From Paecilomyces variotii (Eukaryota): a DNA stretch of 64,000 bases. Under the pieces are notes generated by a model, which saw only the letters and a program-made list of their open reading frames with translations, searched no databases and was not told the DNA's origin. Made by a program: the position numbers and the translations under genes. Numbering within the stretch: position 1 is the stretch's first letter; the number at the start of each line of letters is the position of its first letter. Shown here one piece after another: positions 63,301 through 64,000 of this stretch. Where the stretch lies: the NCBI GenBank assembly GCA_004022145.1, contig RCNU01000003.1. One strand, given 5' to 3'.

Positions 63301-64000
63301 ATCGACGAAATCAACAAAAAACCCTCTTTTCAGAAAATAATCTACCAGCTCTTGATCACCATCCCGTATCGCTTGTGTTAGAAGTGTGTCTCCTGTCCCA
63401 GTTGGAAAATCAAGATCGGCACCTTTGTCTAGCAGAAGCCACATAGCCTGTCTGTTGTTGGAGCGCCGAGACAGCATGAGAGGGGTATTGCGCTCGATCA
63501 GGGGCCCGCACATTTGGGCTTCGCAAATGTAGTCAATTGGAACACCCTTATCAAGCAAGATTTTCATGATATCAACTCTGCCAGTCCGAGCAGCTTCACT
63601 TAGAGGGTCATAGCCACGTTTGTCTTTGGTGTCCGGACATGCGCCATATCGTAGCAGAACTTCAATGACCTCTTTGTGACCACCACAAGCTGCTAATATC
63701 AACGGTGTTTGGCCACAATTGTTCCGGACATCAGGGTGCACACGATTTGACCGAAGTAGAAGTTTTATCGCTTGAAGATGGCCGTTCTGTGCCGCGTATG
63801 CCAATGGCGTCATATCATTGGAATCCCGAGCATCCACATCTTCGTCTGAGCTGATGTATTTTGAAATCATGATGGAAAGCCCACCGTAGGCCGCCAGGTG
63901 CACCTTTGTCAGCCGGTGTGGAAAACGATCAAGCATCACCTGCCCAGCCGCTTGCATATTTGACTTTTTGTCTAGAAATTCAAGAATAAAGTCGGTCAGT
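60385..64000 (-). CDS. Large ankyrin-repeat protein with C-terminal ZZ-type Zn finger; probable 3' part of an NLR-like gene continuing beyond the window
   Basis: Numerous TPLxxAA/TALFYA ankyrin repeats and CGICG...YHCSICDEGHFDMCEEC. The frame stays open from 63957 to the window edge (LTDFILEFLDKKSN). Confidence 0.85.
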   Translation of the reverse strand, partial: LTDFILEFLDKKSNMQAAGQVMLDRFPHRLTKVHLAAYGGLSIMISKYISSDEDVDARDSNDMTPLAYAAQNGHLQAIKLLLRSNRVHPDVRNNCGQTPLILAACGGHKEVIEVLLRYGACPDTKDKRGYDPLSEAARTGRVDIMKILLDKGVPIDYICEAQMCGPLIERNTPLMLSRRSNNRQAMWLLLDKGADLDFPTGTGDTLLTQAIRDGDQELVDYFLKRGFFVDFVDRSGYTPLHYAVRRGHGTIVKSFLNAGCDVDLQFYRETCLMTAIEHGHGDIAAQLLEHGANLNLQNQRLETALFYAVRASNADMVETLLEHGASPNVRNSQEETPLFTSATAGDEAILRCLLSKGADPLIRNNHQQTALFLAADYGHTSIVGCLIDVGLDVNDQDDRGNTAIFHSARSGKTDTMKILLENGADVHHRNVLGETALFYAARNGKLEICEILIQNHAELDARNLLMETPLVHAASGPYIRPLESGALDYSQVVRLFIQNGADPNPSYDLESDVQHPEAWKVLLSPRISSLRKEYSESRLRLCEAARQIWDSRIKSYSDDQVLDFLHRVLPPKSPFHGVNRRKESTAPLLFAIRGGNAELAKIFLRCGQRIDSLTEPVQEILRRAVDSGHRSIVELVLKEEPDEDVDIPSLVLHAAEKKYTGLFNPLMTEQEVNLKTANMDLPSLVLHAERKHTDLFKFLMTEQKVNPKTANVDIPSLVLRVAEMGNTGMLKYLIKEQEVNLQTASEVLLLAAHGGKTEVVRFLLENGAKPTFVTRNAQSALHGAVLKNATELVELLLQQEINIDARDKHGRTPLFYAVQRCRTPIVQMLLEAGADSNISEDDFTEPILYDTNDQRRIFSDLNTRNSENLFGGLTPLFFAAGNGNDVTVKLLLSHGAIPDVQDRFGERPINWAAARGFEAIVKMLLDSGANANQLDHPSQSPLLWALGVYNHDFSKKLYRGRSPLRGNHFAFGDAEAVLDLLLKNGADPNVIDEDGRTPLYLSVKLGLNSKALVRSFLRAGCDPNRKDKYGRTPLMGATVRGMTKFVTALLEAPNLDRDATDNFGRTALLEATARNKPLIRDILLQPSAETQMAHPSTSLDEQISYPGHLCGICGVHEWRDLAYHCSICDEGHFDMCEECKKWGATCLDATHEMTRRFDIVGGRASDIGIYILSEAELAELGGARKAQEKPDRMSAYRQAPKFFQ

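Noticed and set aside
1..64000. tRNA, 5S rRNA or CRISPR arrays
   Set aside because: None recognised by eye; a tRNAscan-SE/Infernal run would be needed to exclude small RNAs.

Overview
This is eukaryotic DNA from a filamentous ascomycete, most likely Eurotiales (Aspergillus/Paecilomyces/Talaromyces-like). Genes have short GT-AG introns with CTAAC/CTGAC-type branch sites. Housekeeping genes (DUG2, EMP65/TAPT1, a DPP1-like PAP2 phosphatase, MED7, TIM17, a type-2 asparaginase) are mixed with many aromatic/xenobiotic-handling genes: tannase, a salicylate-hydroxylase-like FAD monooxygenase, a class-3 lipase, a P450 and an old yellow enzyme. A compact candidate detoxification module runs MFS pump <- -> Zn2Cys6 regulator -> AtrB-type ABC-G pump -> <- phenol 2-monooxygenase. 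Several features are not visible in the ORF track: a three-exon Tudor-like microgene (2192-2580), a decayed P450 pseudogene (~10.2-11.6 kb), a 5-nt micro-exon, and a GC-AG intron. There is also a 1.39-kb, almost pure A/T fold-back element (45656-47042) with inverted arms of at least ~490 bp, TA flanks and RIP-like composition. From ~56 kb the region looks accessory: ruined HNH and PD-(D/E)XK-like nuclease genes lie beside a large ankyrin + ZZ-finger, NLR-like gene with recent internal repeat duplications. All family calls come from motif recognition by eye; no searches were run. Exon boundaries were hand-derived and some are approximate.
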